Part shown: positions 25,776 through 39,175 of the stretch, piece by piece
Layout: the number at the start of each line of letters is the position of its first letter
Numbering within the stretch: the first letter of the stretch is position 1
NCBI RefSeq assembly: GCF_006345805.1
Contig: NC_043008.1
Coordinates: 18,228,001-18,292,000 of the forward strand
Direction: 5' to 3'
Source: Octopus sinensis
Lineage: Eukaryota
Length of the DNA stretch: 64,000 nucleotides
Program-made: the position numbers and the translations under genes
Notes under the pieces: model-generated
Databases searched by the model: none
What the model was told of the DNA's origin: nothing
What the model saw: only the letters and a program-made list of their open reading frames with translations

Positions 25776-26924
25776 AATATACACAGTGTTTTTTTGGTCA
25801 AGACTAGCGCGACACGATCTCAGATAGCAGACAGCTTACTCGGAGATGGTGTCTGTAAGTAGCAAGTAAAGCAAGAGACGGATACCATTAAATTATATTT
25901 ACGTTGTTTGTCTGTTCTCTTGTCTTAACTGCTCTTGTCTTTTTTACTCTCAACCGCTTTTGTGTTTTCTCTCGTCTTAACTGCTTTTGTTTCTAAAAGC
26001 TGTTACCGAAAAAGAAAACTGAAATGTTAGTTCAGAAAATGACGAGTATATTGTTCTAAAATAGTTTCGCACAAATAAGTTGAATGAACCTAAGTAGAGT
26101 AAATAAGGAAATAGATATATAAATTCATATATAAAATATATATAAAAATGAAGTAAACATCAAATAAATAGTAATAACCTTATTTAAAACAATGAAACCA
26201 ATCTGTATATTGTAGACGGACTCTTTTAGTCCGATAAATAACTCTTGCAAAAGATAATTAATGGGAAGTTTCTAGAATGAAAGAATAATTGAGAAGAACA
26301 TTTGAAAAACGAAACAAAAATACGCAAATGAAAATAATAAACAATACGAAAAATACGCAAGTCATTTAAAAGTTAACACTTTAAACAAGCCGTAATTAGA
26401 TTAAAAGGTCACAAACGTGGACGTAGAGAGTATTTTATGAAGGAAATAAAGAAAATCTATAGATGGTAAAAATTTAAAATGAAAATAAATAATGACGTGA
26501 AGAAACATAAAAAAATATATATATACTGACAGAAGAAAGGACAAAGATAAAGAATGAATAGAAGAGAGGGTGACTTTAATAAGTAATGAAAGAATTAAGG
26601 AGAATAGGCAAGAAATTGGAACAAGTTACTCTAATTGACAACTAAGCTAAATTTACGTTTGAGAAGGTAAAAGAAAATGTTATATAAGGGTGGGATTTCT
26701 AGATTGAAAGTGAAGAGAAATAAGGATAAACGTTGCATTGATGAGAAGGAGAGGGAAAAATATATATGACTTGCATATGAAGGGGAAGTTGCATGTTGGC
26801 AGGTATTTGTAGTGATAGTTATTTTAAGGATAATAGTTAATGCGATGGCATCGGTAATTATGTTGTCGTTGTTCTTTTTCTTTTTTCTTCTCCTTCTGCT
26901 GTTTCAGCTTCTTCTTCTTCTTCT

Positions 26925-27015
26925 TATTATTATTATTATTATTCTTTCAATTATTTACTTTGTTATTATTATCATTATTGATATTATTATTATTATTATT
27001 CTTTCCATTATTTAC

Positions 27016-27077
<62 letters not shown>

Positions 27078-27115
27078 CATTATTACTATTATTATCATTA
27101 TTATTTTGTTGCTAT
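26925..27115. repeat. (TAT)n microsatellite
   Basis: Direct inspection. Confidence 0.95.
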
Positions 27116-27875
27116 TATCATTTCTTCTTGCTGTTGTTTAAACCAGCGCCATATATGATCTTTCAGACGTATGATCGCTGCATCGTTCTTCTTTTGGTAT
27201 GGATGCATAAATTACCTATTTTGGCCTTTCTGAAATTTTAATAAGTATGGCAACAACTGAGATAGAATTTGTTGCTATTCTTAGCACCAATAATGACCAT
27301 GTAAGGGTTCCACCTTTAGCTTTAAAAAAATAATTTGCTGGTGATTTGTTGGTATTGTCGATATGGTTACTAAGGCAGCGGAAGCAAGCAATATCGTTAG
27401 CAAGCCGGACAAAACGGTTAGTGACATTTAGTCCGTTTTACGTTCCCTCTTCACATATCACCAATGGCGAGTTTACTTTAGTTCTTTCAGGATTGATAAA
27501 ATAAGTATCATTTGACAACTGGGGTCAAAGTGGTCCCTCAATTTTGTCGGTTTTATACCTAAAGTAGAAAGCTTTTTTTAAATAATCACTAAAATGGCGA
27601 GCTGGTAGTTATAAGTAAGGTGGAAAGGTCCATAGCGACATTTCTTCCGAATCTTTTCATTATGAGTTCAAATACCACTGAGGTCGACTATGTCTTTCAT
27701 TCTTTAGGGGTCGATAAAATAAAGACGTTGTAAAGAGAATTTACGAACAACATTTTTTATATAAAAGCCTCCATTGAAATTTGAAAGGAAGAGTGATTCG
27801 CTGTATCATTCATTAAAAAGTGGTCTGCAAAAATCGGCAACATCTCATTTATGATCTAGAGCCCATAAATGTATA

Positions 27876-28370
27876 TAGTAAACCCTCGACTATCGTGGGT
27901 GTAATGTTCCAAAAAAAAAAAAAACCGCGATGTGCGGAAATTTGCAAAGTAGAAACAATACAGTACTGTTTTGTTTTTCTTTTTTTGTAATTTGTATATA
28001 TTTATATTCTATTATAAATGCAAGACAGCACCACACACTCGCCTCCCAAGCTTCGTTTTCCATATAGTGTATGCGATTCTTTGTTTAATCATTTACGGTA
28101 GACTAAATATTTTCTTTTAATATATTTTAATTAATGTGTTATACATTGCAGTACTGTATTTTTATTTATTGATATAAATCCTTAAATCCTTAAAAATGTT
28201 TTAGCCCGAAGGCCGCGGCCATCCTGGGGCACCACTGATATATTAATTTTTAGGAGTGAACATGCTTATTTTACCACAGAAATATTTAAAATCTAAATAA
28301 TATATAAATACATATCGGCCGCAGAAACCCGCGATGTACTGAGCAGTCCGCGATATAGCGAGTGGTTATT
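27876..28370. mobile_element. Tigger/pogo-like MITE (degenerate)
   Basis: Imperfect TIRs TAGTAAACCCTCGACTATCGTGG / CCGCGATATAGCGAGTGGTTATT with internal CCGCGAT and CAGTACTG motifs. Confidence 0.45.
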
Positions 28371-28443
28371 ATTTTCATATTTGAGAAATATGATGCTTAA
28401 TTAAGAGAGTAAACAAATTTTAACATAATTGCTTCTAAGGAAA

Positions 28444-28591
28444 AAATTGTATAATCGAATATACAAAACACTGTTTTTTTCCATGATTCCTTCCATATTA
28501 CTACAACGTAGTAATGCGGTCATCAGGTTGAGATTAGTACATTTCCAATACCTTTAACTCCTGATAGCTAACTTATTACATCGGTTACATT
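28444..28591 (-). repeat. 148-bp inverted repeat, right copy
   Basis: Partner of 24475-24622. Confidence 0.9.
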
Positions 28592-28891
28592 ATAAATGAA
28601 TAAAGCTAAGAAGTATCATATATTTTATAGTCTGAAATATTAGACGGGAAACGGTGGGGGGTCAGACATTTGTAAAGTAGTAGAATTAGGTGATTCACAA
28701 TTTTGTGGTTGTTTGCCACACGGTTATGAAGTAAAGGTAGGTAGATGACTGAAATTACAGGGACAAACACTAGGTTAGCTACTACGGTTGGGGCTTATCT
28801 ATTGTAATCTCGAATAAATCTAATGGAAGAATGCGAAAAGATGCTAATGGCCAGACTCAGCGAACTTCCAGATCAGTTAACCATTTAATCT

Positions 28892-29295
28892 GGTGCAGGA
28901 GTGGCTGTGTGGTAAGTAGCTTGTTTAACAGCCACGTGGTTCCGGGTTCAGTCCCACTGCGTGGCACCTTGGGCAAGTGTCTTCTACTATAACCTCGGGC
29001 CGACCAAAGCCTTTTGAGTGGATTTGGTAGACGGAAACTGAAAGAAGCCCGTCGTATATATGTATATATATATAAGTGTGTGTGTTTGTGTGTCTGTGTT
29101 TGTCCCCCTAGCATTGCTTGACAACCGATGCTGGTGTGTTTATGTCCCCGTTACTTAGCAGGTCGGCAAAAGAGACCGATAGAATAAGTACTGGGCTTAC
29201 AAATGAATAAGTCCCGGGATCGATTTGCTCGAATAAAGGCGGTGCTCTAGCATGGCCGCAGTCAAATGACTGAAACAAGTAAAAGAGTAAAAGAG
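28892..29295 (+). mobile_element. SINE family A, full length
   Basis: Collinear with 2049-2488. Confidence 0.9.
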
Positions 29296-29348
29296 TATAT
29301 ACAAATGATGCTTTATTATTTATCTTTAACCGTTTTTGTGCATGTACA

Positions 29349-29710
29349 CTCTTTTACTCTTTTACTTGTTTCAGTCATTTGACTGTGGCCATGCTGGAGC
29401 ACCGCCTGTAGTCGAGCAAATCGAACCCAGGACTTATTCTTTGTAAGACCAGTACTTATTCTATCGGTTGCATTTGCCGAACCACTAAGTTACGGGGACG
29501 AAAACAGCCCAGTATCGGTTGTCAAGCGATGTTGAGGGGCCAAACATACACATACATACATACATTATATATACATACACACGACGGGCTTCTTTCAGTT
29601 TCCGTCTACCAAATCCACCCACAAGTCTTTGATCAGCCCGAGGCTATAGTAGAAGAGACTTGCCCAAGGTGCCAGGCATTGGGACTGAACTTGGAACCAC
29701 GTGATTTGCC
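29349..29710 (-). mobile_element. SINE family A, tail-to-tail with the previous copy
   Basis: Reverse complement of family A. Confidence 0.85.
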
Positions 29711-29799
29711 ATAAAGGCATTACAAAGAGTAGCTTGCGGGCTGGATATATACATTGATGAGGTGAATGATGAAACAAAGATGATATTGATGAGAGAAGG

Positions 29800-31230
29800 C
29801 AGAAAACGCCCGCCGATTTTCTGCTTCTCTAAAACATGTTTTCCCATCGAAAACGAAAATTAGTGGACTTTACAGTCCATTACAAATATATATAATAAAT
29901 TATTCAATATAAACACAATCTATAAGATCAAATCAAATGACACGCCGCCTGCAGGAAAGCCTGCATCGGCAGGTCGGGGCCCGGAAAGAGGAAAGCAAAA
30001 TCTTCCTTATTACAGGTGACCATGACCTCGAACAGCTCCTTCTGACTCACGACGTCCGCAGCCTCCTGCGGAAGCCAATCTGGACAGTCTATACAAACAG
30101 TCCAATCGTTCTCGGCCTGGAAGACCGTCCAAGCACTTCTCGGCAGGCCCTTCCCTGAGATAGAAAACGACGGGTTTCATCTCCTCCTCACGGGAAGGAG
30201 CCTCAGCCCGCTCTGTCAGTGGCACAATTCCCACTGACAGAGCCTCTCGCTCCGGCGGCACACTTTCCACCGGAGGAGCATCGGGTTCAGTCGGCGACAC
30301 AGCGATATCCGTCGACCGTCCCCGTTTCTCTTTCTTCTTTTTTTCCTTCTTACGAGTGCGGGAGTCGTAGCCTCCACCGTTACACCTGGGGGTCCTCCTC
30401 CTCTCCCGCAACCTGCGCGTATGTTGGCGAGCAACCATTGTTGCTCACCTTTCTTTTCCTTCTTTCCGCCGATGCCTCAATGACTTCCGCTGTTTCTCCC
30501 TGCAATGTGAGAGCGAAGGATACCTTCACCTTTGCCTGCTCCAAGACCTTACCACGGCTCCGAGGGCAGTCCTTCTTAATGTGGCCTGACTCCAGGCATG
30601 AGTGACAGTTGTGGGGGTGACCCTCAAGTATCACTGAGGACCGCTATCTCCCAGGCCCTGCCGGATGGTATCTGCAATCCACCCCGCTTCGGTGCCCGGG
30701 AGAGGACCGCATACCCAGAACCTTATCACCTTCTTCCCACGATATGTGGGAAGAAACAAAATCTTCTACCCTTCCAGGGGCTGGCCTGCAACAGTGCAAG
30801 CCTCCTCAAGAGTGTCAAAAAGCAGCCACACCCAGGCGTATTTGACACCCCTGGTTACATAATAAGTTTTGACTGGCAAATATTTTGCCAGCTCTTTATT
30901 AATAATACCCTTGTCGAAGAGGACGATGGCCTCACGCGACCTGAATAGCTCCGTAGTACCACCGTCCTTCTCTCAAGGCTTTCAATCCATTGCTTAGGTG
31001 GGACCACCTCCCACTGTAAGGCACTTTTTGCATTTGCCATGTTAAAAATCAATTCTAAAGAAGAAGGGAAGTCCAAATATATTAACAAGTCCAAAAAGAC
31101 TTCATTGTTTGAACAAGTAAGTTCAAACAATGAATAAAAATTAAAATCCAAAAGGAACGGAAAAACAGCTCCAAAAGGAAAGAAAAAACAGAAGGATAGA
31201 GAAAAGAAAAACAGTCCACACAGCAAACAT
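29800..31230 (-). mobile_element. Tx1/L1-like ORF1 (gag-like, CCHC zinc knuckle), frameshifted, no adjacent RT
   Basis: ATG at 31040 MANAKSALQWEVV...RTVVLRSY; shifted frame RGVKYAWVWLLFDT...FLPTYRGKKVIRFWVC; zinc knuckle CHSCLESGHIKKDC; K/R/E-rich tail. Confidence 0.7.
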
Positions 31231-31324
31231 CAATGACCAACAGGTACTCCTGGCCAACTTCAACAAGTTTCAATGGCAAAATCCAGTAAGTTCGGGCGAG
31301 GACACGCCTCCTTATTTTTTCCAA

Positions 31325-31625
31325 TACAACAAAACTTCTTCACTTCTGCTCCAGAGCGTCGGCTGCGGGGTCATTCCGAAAAGCTCTATCTGCGACGATT
31401 TCATCTCAATCGAAGGAGAGGGGCTTTCTCCGTCCGGGTTGCGGATCCGTGGAATAAGCTGCCAGACGAGATGGTGAAGATGCCGACGACCGCTCGGTTC
31501 AAAGTCTCCCTTGACCTCAAGTGGCCTGAACTCTTTACATGAACACCACCTTTTCCATAACTCCATGTCCCCCTACATGGCCTTGCTTTTTGATTTTTGA
31601 GCCAAAAAATTAACTAATTAACTAA
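31325..31625 (+). mobile_element. CR1-clade LINE 3' end
   Basis: RGHSEKLYLRRFHLNRRRGAFSVRVADPWNKLP...FKVSLD; 3' UTR hairpin CCATGT-CCCCCT-ACATGG; (AATTAACT)-type tail. Confidence 0.85.
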
Positions 31626-32211
31626 AACAATAAACAGCAGCCCCCGACAGCATTCAGAATTGCCACGGAGCTGGGAGAAATTTATCAACACACAAACAAT
31701 TACTATTTGACAAATTACACCCAGCTCAAACGAAAACAAAACCACCTACCTCTACGGTCTTATGCTGATGTCGTACCTTTTTCTTTCAGTTCAATATTGG
31801 ACCGAACCAACACACCCACGTCCACCTTGCAAAAATAGTCCTCACTGCCTTGTTACTCCTTGGTAATCCAGTGGAAATTCACAGACACGAAGACAATTTC
31901 GTTAACAAATTAATTTTTACGGAGAGGCTACGCCTCCTCAAAAACACAATTCTAACCGCAAAGTGAGTCTTTATGGACGACCACAGGCAGGCAAATGTCT
32001 GGAGCAGAGTTGAGACCGTTGCTCACCAAACAACTATTCAATAAAGGGCAACAAACTCCACTAAGCCCTCAAAAAAATACAACAAACGCCTACCTGTAGT
32101 CGTGCTTCCAGAATGTTCAATTTTCACGTCGCAAGACGTGACTTTCAAGCTGCATGAAAAATGCGAACCCTTCTGTGAGTGAAGTTAGCAAGCTAGATAT
32201 CACACAGCCGA

Positions 32212-32440
32212 GGCGGCGAGCTGGCAGAACAGTTAGCACACCGGGAGAAATGCGTAGCCGTATTTCGTCTGCCGTTACGTTCTGAGTTCAAATTTCACCG
32301 AGGTCGACTTTGCCTTTCATCCTTTCGGGATCGATAAATTAAGTACCAGTTACGCACTGGGGTCGATGTAATCGTCTTAATCCGTTTGTCTGTCCTTGTT
32401 TGTCCCTTCTATGTTTAGCCCCTTGTGGGTAATAAAGAAA
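32212..32440 (+). mobile_element. SINE family B monomer
   Basis: Complete head, central domain and tail. Confidence 0.9.
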
Positions 32441-32660
32441 CAGTTATCACACAGCCACGCCTATGCATAAACACAAACATTTGTGTGTTTGACCCACGCA
32501 CTAACAACACACATACCCTGTGTATCTGTTCAATTTTGCTTGTTTGTTTGTGTGTACATATGTGTATATACTCACATGTACTTAAGTGCATATACACACT
32601 CACAGATATACAAGAATGTGTACAGACACATGCGCGCAAACGTACACAAATACATACATA

Positions 32661-32719
<59 letters not shown>

Positions 32720-32889
32720 GTATGTATGTATATATATGTATATATATATGTATGTATGTATATATGTACATCCATACACAGGAGAGAGAAAGAAAGAGAG
32801 GGAGAGATGGAGATGTACAAATATTCAAGACACGCACACATACGTTTCGTCTTACTAGATTCTATAATCAATGTGAGTCAATCAGAAAT

Positions 32890-33126
32890 TTAATATAATA
32901 TGGGATAAACATGATCATTGAGGGCAAATGTCATCCTTTCCTGCTTTATATTATCAGAAACAAGTTTGAAAAGCTTATATTTATTTTCCTCGACAATAGC
33001 TGATGCGTCTTGCTTATAACGGTGCATTGAATGCAGAATGTGGTAGCGAAAAGAATTTCCTCGTATCTTTAAAATATTTTTAAATGTTTCAGCTTCAAAG
33101 CTGCCGTCATGCTGGTGCACCACCAT
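32890..33126 (-). pseudogene. Possible DNA-transposase relic (P-element/THAP9-like?)
   Basis: 78-aa non-repetitive ORF; AIVEENKYKLFKLVSDNIKQERMTFAL recalls the (L)VSDN region of P-like transposases. Resemblance only. Confidence 0.25.
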
Positions 33127-33309
33127 TGTACAAAATAGCTTCAGCCAACGCGATTTTTAAAGTACATTGATCTAAAATACCTCAAGTATGTACAACAGTA
33201 TCTTAAATAAACGTTCACATGTGCACTCACACATATACACAGATACAGACACACACACACACACTCACACACACATACCTATATCGATATATATATATAT
33301 ATATATGTA

Positions 33310-33410
33310 TGGTAATAATAATAATAATAATAATGATGATGATGATGATGACGACGATGATGATGATGATGATGGTGGTGATGATGATGATAACGATGAT
33401 GATAACAATG
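33310..33410. repeat. (AAT)n/(GAT)n compound microsatellite
   Basis: Direct inspection. Confidence 0.95.
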
Positions 33411-33605
33411 CATGGACGGAATTTATATATATATAAATTCCATCAATGGATAATAAAATTATATAACTGTTCAATATTTGGTAGATTGAGACAAAGTTCT
33501 ATTCCAGATTTGGGCTGTGAATTGGGTGGGCTGTAAACTGAGTGATTGAAGTGTAGAGGTATTCTGTCCTGGGGTCTGAAACATAAGTTTCTACTGCGTT
33601 TTTGT

Positions 33606-33783
33606 AGGTGTAGGAGTGGCTATGTAGTGGCTATGTAGCTTGCTTACGAACTACATGTTTCCGGGTTCAGTCCCACTGCGTGGCACCTTGGGCAAGTGCC
33701 TTCTACTGTAGCCTCGGGCCAACCAAAAGCCTTGTGAGTAGATTTGGTACACGGAAACTGAAAGAAGCCCGTCGTATATATAT

Positions 33784-33865
<82 letters not shown>

Positions 33866-33874
33866 TATATATAT

Positions 33875-33940
<66 letters not shown>

Positions 33941-33963
33941 CATATATATATAATATATATAAT

Positions 33964-34012
<49 letters not shown>

Positions 34013-34018
34013 CATATA

Positions 34019-34109
<91 letters not shown>

Positions 34110-34320
34110 TTGTGTGTATGTTTGTGTGTCTGTGTTTGTCCCCAACATCGTTTGACAACTGATGCTGGCGTATTTACGTCCTCGTAACTTAGCGGTACGA
34201 TAAAAGAGACCGGTAGAATGCGCACTGGGCTTACAAAAAAAGTCCTGGGGTCAATGCGCTCGACTAAAGGCGGTGCTCCAGCATGGCCACAGTCAAATGA
34301 CTGAAACAAGTAAAAGAGAG
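33606..34320 (+). mobile_element. SINE family A with ~330-bp internal (TA)n expansion
   Basis: Head 33606-33775, (TA)n to ~34097, 3' half to 34320. Confidence 0.9.
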
Positions 34321-34775
34321 TATTTATGTGAACATATGAATGGTGTATTTGTAAGAATATATATACATGCATCTTCATTTCCGGGTGCATGTCCACAAAT
34401 ACTTATGTTGAACCTATATATATATATATATATTCGGGATAGTAGATACAGCGCGCTGTTGCTGCTCTGTATAGGTGTTTACTGTTATCTTCTGTAAACA
34501 ATACATAAAATGCCTGAATACAAGTGGCTAGCAGACCTTATATATGTAACCTTGTTTCGTTTATTTCTATTCTTGTGACTCAACAACTTAATATTTATTC
34601 TCATACTTATTTCTTTTCTTTCAGATCAAAACTATTGTTGGATGTAAAGCAAAATTGTCCACAGAATGAACGTTCGAGGAAAAGCCATAAGCTTAAATTT
34701 TTCCTTAACTCCTTGCACACTATTTGACTTACAGTGACAATATCATTTGTATGAATAAAATAAAATTGTGAAATT

Positions 34776-35210
34776 GTGTGATAAGAAGTTTGATTCCATC
34801 TATCGTAGATCCGGGTTCAGCCCCACTGCGAGACACCTCTAGGGGCCTACAAAATTGTTGTGAGTAGATTTGGTTGGTGGAAACTGAAAGAGTCCCGTCA
34901 TATGTGTGTGCACTTGTTTTTATGTTTGTCCCTGACCAATGCTCTGTTTACGACCTGTATCCTAGCGGTTCCACAAGAAAGGCTAATAGAATAGGTACCG
35001 GGCGTCAAGAAAACTAAGTGCTGGGGTCGATTCGTTTCACTGTAATTCAGTGCTACAGTATGGCCGCAGTCTGATTGAAACAAGTAAAATGAAGTTTTAA
35101 AAATAAGAAGAAAAAGAAAAATGGCAGTGTTTAATTATTTTCTATTATTCTTTTATTCTTTTACTTGTTTCAGTCACGTGACTGTGGCCATGCTGGAGCA
35201 CACCGCCTTG
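34776..35210. mobile_element. Old SINE A copy (plus) and SINE A tail fragment (minus)
   Basis: Degenerate family A motifs. Confidence 0.6.
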
Positions 35211-36700
35211 TATGTAATTTTTACAAACTTTTGTGTAGAATAAGTAGAAATTTGTTACGTGCCGTGTTTTTTTATGGTTCTTGCGGCAAAGCAAGTATAT
35301 ACTGTAGCTCGAAAAGTCGGTATGATACAGAAATAAATTGGGGTAATTTTTGGATTCTGAGATCCTAATCTAATCGTGTACAGGTGTCAGAAAATTATGT
35401 TTCCTCGTGTAAAATAAACGAGTGGATACAAATAGTTTATAGAATATATATTTTGGAAATAAGTGTGTTTGCTTGCTAACAGTCTCCTTGAATGTTTTAT
35501 TCTTATATCAATCTTCTTAATTCCTACGTAAATATCTCGCCAATGACATCAATATTTAATAGAAAAATAACGAAAATAATACAGCTTAAAAATTAGAGGT
35601 AGACGCTACGTTTTGTGTTTTTTTATCAATAATTATACACTATTTCTATAATTATATATATAGTTTTCTAAATTATACGTTTCGAAAATAGAAGGATTAT
35701 ATGTTTTCCTGCAATAATTTCCTACTGGCAAAGACTGGTGCACCAGTGCGCTTAACCTGCTGAGAATAGCAACCAAATCCCTCCCACGTTATATCTCACC
35801 GCTTTAGAAATAGAACAGTATATAGTATTATGTATTCTACGATAAAATATGTCAGTAAATAAATTAAATTAGAACTCGATATATCGTTCTACTAAAGCTT
35901 CACCTGTGGCTAATCGAATATAAATAAATATCTAAAATATATATTTTGTATCACTTGCTGGCTTAATATGAATATTATCCTCATGGGAGGCACTAAGATG
36001 GTGAGCTGATAAATTTGTTCGAGCGGTGGGAAATGCTCTGCCGTATTTGCGTTGATTCGTTATATTTCTGAGTTCAAATTCCGCCGATACCAGCTATAAT
36101 TTTCCTCGAAATGGAGTTCATTAAAACGAAGCAACAGTCTATATTATCCACCAAAACCTCCCCTCAAAACTCTTGCACTTTGAATCAGAAAATATTATAG
36201 AAAGCACTCAGTTTTGCTGAATACAAAAAGTCGTGTTCGTCACTCATTTATAACACGGTAGCGGAATTGTGAACCATGTTACGCTTACCACGGATTGATC
36301 TGCAATAACACGGATCGGCGATGAATTGAATATTCTGCTTGTACACCGCATAAGCACGCCTTGGTGATCATCCACAAAAGACAGTTAGCCAGAGTACACT
36401 ACTAACCATACCTTGTGTTTGTATGACTATTATGTGGGGTCTCGTACTTTTACTACAGACTAATGTACTCGTTTTCGTAAAGAGAGAACCCGTGAACCGA
36501 AACAAATATGAATGATTGTAACAAATAACACAGACAGGTGTATTCTCTATAGAAAAAGTAGAAGTGATCAAAAGAATATGCGAAATTGCTTTCAATGAAT
36601 CTACTAATTGTTGTGTTTACAACATTCGTGGAAGCATTCATTAATCATGGATTCATTTATGGCTGTGCTTTTCATGATCCAAACTCCGTGATGAACGAGG

Positions 36701-36754
36701 ATGGCTGAAAAGAGATTGGACGCCATTCGGAAATCTCATGACCACTTACGGAAG
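36701..36754 (+). CDS. Candidate first coding exon of an unidentified gene (MAEKRLDAIRKSHDHLRK)
   Basis: ATG in AGGATGG context, 18 codons, then AAG|GTAATT donor; upstream unique sequence. Identity unknown. Confidence 0.3.
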
Positions 36755-36767
36755 GTAATTTCATTTA

Positions 36768-36916
36768 GCGTAGGCGTGGCTGTGTGGTAAGAAGTTTGCT
36801 TCCCAAGCACATTGTTCTGGGTTCAGTCCTACTGCATTGCACCTTAGGCAAGTGTCTTCTGTTAAAGCCTACTGTATTTGGCAGATGGAAACTGAAAGAA
36901 GCCCATCGTATAAGTT

Positions 36917-36952
<36 letters not shown>

Positions 36953-37138
36953 TCGCCTGTCAACGTCTCACAACCGGTATTGATGCATTTACGTGCCCGT
37001 AACTTAGCACTTCGGCATAAGAAACCGATAGAATGAGTACTAGTCTTAAGAAATATAAACCCTGGAGACGATTTGTTTAACTAAAACCCTTGAAGGCAGT
37101 GCCCCAATTTGGCCGCATGCAAAGAAGTTATAAAAGAT
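36768..37138 (+). mobile_element. SINE family A (diverged)
   Basis: Head, CACCTTAGGCAAGTG motif, (TG)n and tail. Confidence 0.8.
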
Positions 37139-37269
37139 AGCAAATACAAGATAAAAGGCAGCATTCATATTTTTTTCCAGAAATACATCCATCTAAGAAA
37201 CCTCTACTGAAGTATTATAGAAACGATTGTATAATATTTTCTTATTAGATATTTATTTATTTGCTTATT

Positions 37270-37720
37270 TAAGGCGGTGAGGTGCCAGAATCGTTAGCAC
37301 ACCGGATAAAATGATTTGCGACAATTTGTACGTCTTTACGTTCTGACCTCAAATGCCAACGAGGTTTACTTCGCTTTTCATCCTTTCGTGATCGATAAAT
37401 TAAGTACCAGAGAAACGCCGGGGACGTTTAAATCGACTACATCGTTTCCCCAAAATTCACAGGCCTTGTGCCTACATGATAAAGGCTTATTATTAAGATG
37501 AGCTGGCAAAATCTTTAGCACGCCGAGCAAAATAATTTGCGACATTTTGTACGTCTTTACGTTCTGACTTCAAATGCCGCCGAGGTCTACTTTGCTTTTC
37601 ATCGTTTCCGAGGTCAATAAAAAGTACCAGTGAAATACTGACATCGTTGTAATCAGCATAGTCCCTCCCCACAAACTTGCTGGCCTGGTGCCAAAATTTG
37701 AAATCAATATTTTGTATTAT
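37270..37720 (+). mobile_element. Two old SINE family B copies
   Basis: Two heads and central domains with the alternative tail. Confidence 0.7.
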
Positions 37721-38160
37721 TTGTTTTGAAATACGTCATATACCAAATAATGGAATAGTTTGTCTTTTTTAAATCTTTTTTCTTTTGTTAATAGCAATCC
37801 TGATACAGATTCTCTTTCTCAACATGATCAGGGCCCATCTGCAAATATTTTTCGCAATCAAATCTGACTAATTCAATCTGAACTTAATTTAAAATCTTAT
37901 TCAAATATTAATTACTTGCGAGTGTCTGCGTATTTGAGTGAAGCCGCTGTTGTTTTCTTTTTTTGTTCATCGTTGTTTTGTTATTTAGAAAAGTCTGGTT
38001 ATTATTATCATTGAATGGCGGTTGAGGAGGGAACTGATAATATGTAGAGAAACAGAATATCAGCTGATACATAATCAAGTCTCTTTATATTCTGCGTAGA
38101 AAACACCGCCAGGGTCGATTTGCTGTTTATATGTTCGAAGTCTTATAATATGTATATACT

Positions 38161-38575
38161 TATTACTTTACTGCCCACAAGGGCCTACACACAGAGGGGA
38201 CAAACAAGGACAGACAAACAGATTAAGTCGATTATATCGACCTCAGTGCGTAACTGGTACTTATCTAATCGACTCCAAAAGGATGAAAGGCAAAGTCAAC
38301 CTCAGCGGAATCTGAACTCAGAACATAGCGGCAGACGAAATACCTATTTCTTTACTTCCCACAAGGAGCTAAACACAGAGGAGACAAACAAGGACATACA
38401 AACGGATTAAGTCGACCATATCGACCCCAGTGCGTAACTGGTACTTAATTTATCGACCCCGAAAGGATGAAAGGCAAAGTCGACCTCAGCGGAATTTGAA
38501 TTCAGAACGTGACGGCAGATTAAATACTGGTAAGCATTTCGCCCGGCGTACTAACGTTTCTGCCAGCTCGCCGCG
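38161..38575 (-). mobile_element. SINE family B dimer with perfect 18-nt TSD
   Basis: TTATAATATGTATATACT at 38143-38160 and 38576-38593. Confidence 0.9.
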
Positions 38576-38632
38576 TTATAATATGTATATACTACTACTA
38601 CACAATGCTGCCGCTACTGCTGCTGCGGCTAG

Positions 38633-38685
<53 letters not shown>

Positions 38686-38804
38686 AATGGAAAGCGATTT
38701 AAATGAGACTACTTCAACCTCAGAATTTGTTGTTTGTAACTCAAAATTCATCATTGTCAACTTCAGCGTCGTCGTTGTCTTCATTATCATTATAAGTATT
38801 TTAC

Positions 38805-39175
38805 TATTACCTCCGCGTTAGCCAAGGCGAAGCTATTGCTTTCAGTCGTGTTTGTTTGTATGTTTTCTGCGGACAAGGTATCTCAAGAACTACTGGATGG
38901 ATTCGGATGAAACTTTCAGGGACGTTTGGTCTCTTGACTAGTACGAATTGATTAGATTTTGGGATCGATCTGTTACCGGACAAGGATTCTGGATTATTTT
39001 CCCGGCAGTTTTTACTTAATTTTTGAGAGCATCGGGTTCATTTTTAGTATTCTCCTTCGTGAGAGCAATAGAGTTTATTTGAGATATACTCATTTTAAAA
39101 ATCATCTGTAGTTAATCGTTGAGAGGACGTTCATGTTGCCTTGGAGGAGGATTGCGCTGTCAGTGTGCTCTTGTT
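38805..39175 (+). mobile_element. Helentron-associated non-autonomous element (HINE/DINE-1-like)
   Basis: 5' TTACCTCCGC..GCCAAGGC, GTTTGTTTGT tract, GGATGGATTCGGATGAAACTTT, 3' GCCTTGGAGGAGG (subterminal inverted repeat); T-rich boundaries. Confidence 0.55.

Noticed and set aside
25780-26800. Possible LTR/gag remnant in an A-rich tract
   Set aside because: No paired LTR, primer-binding site or recognisable peptide.
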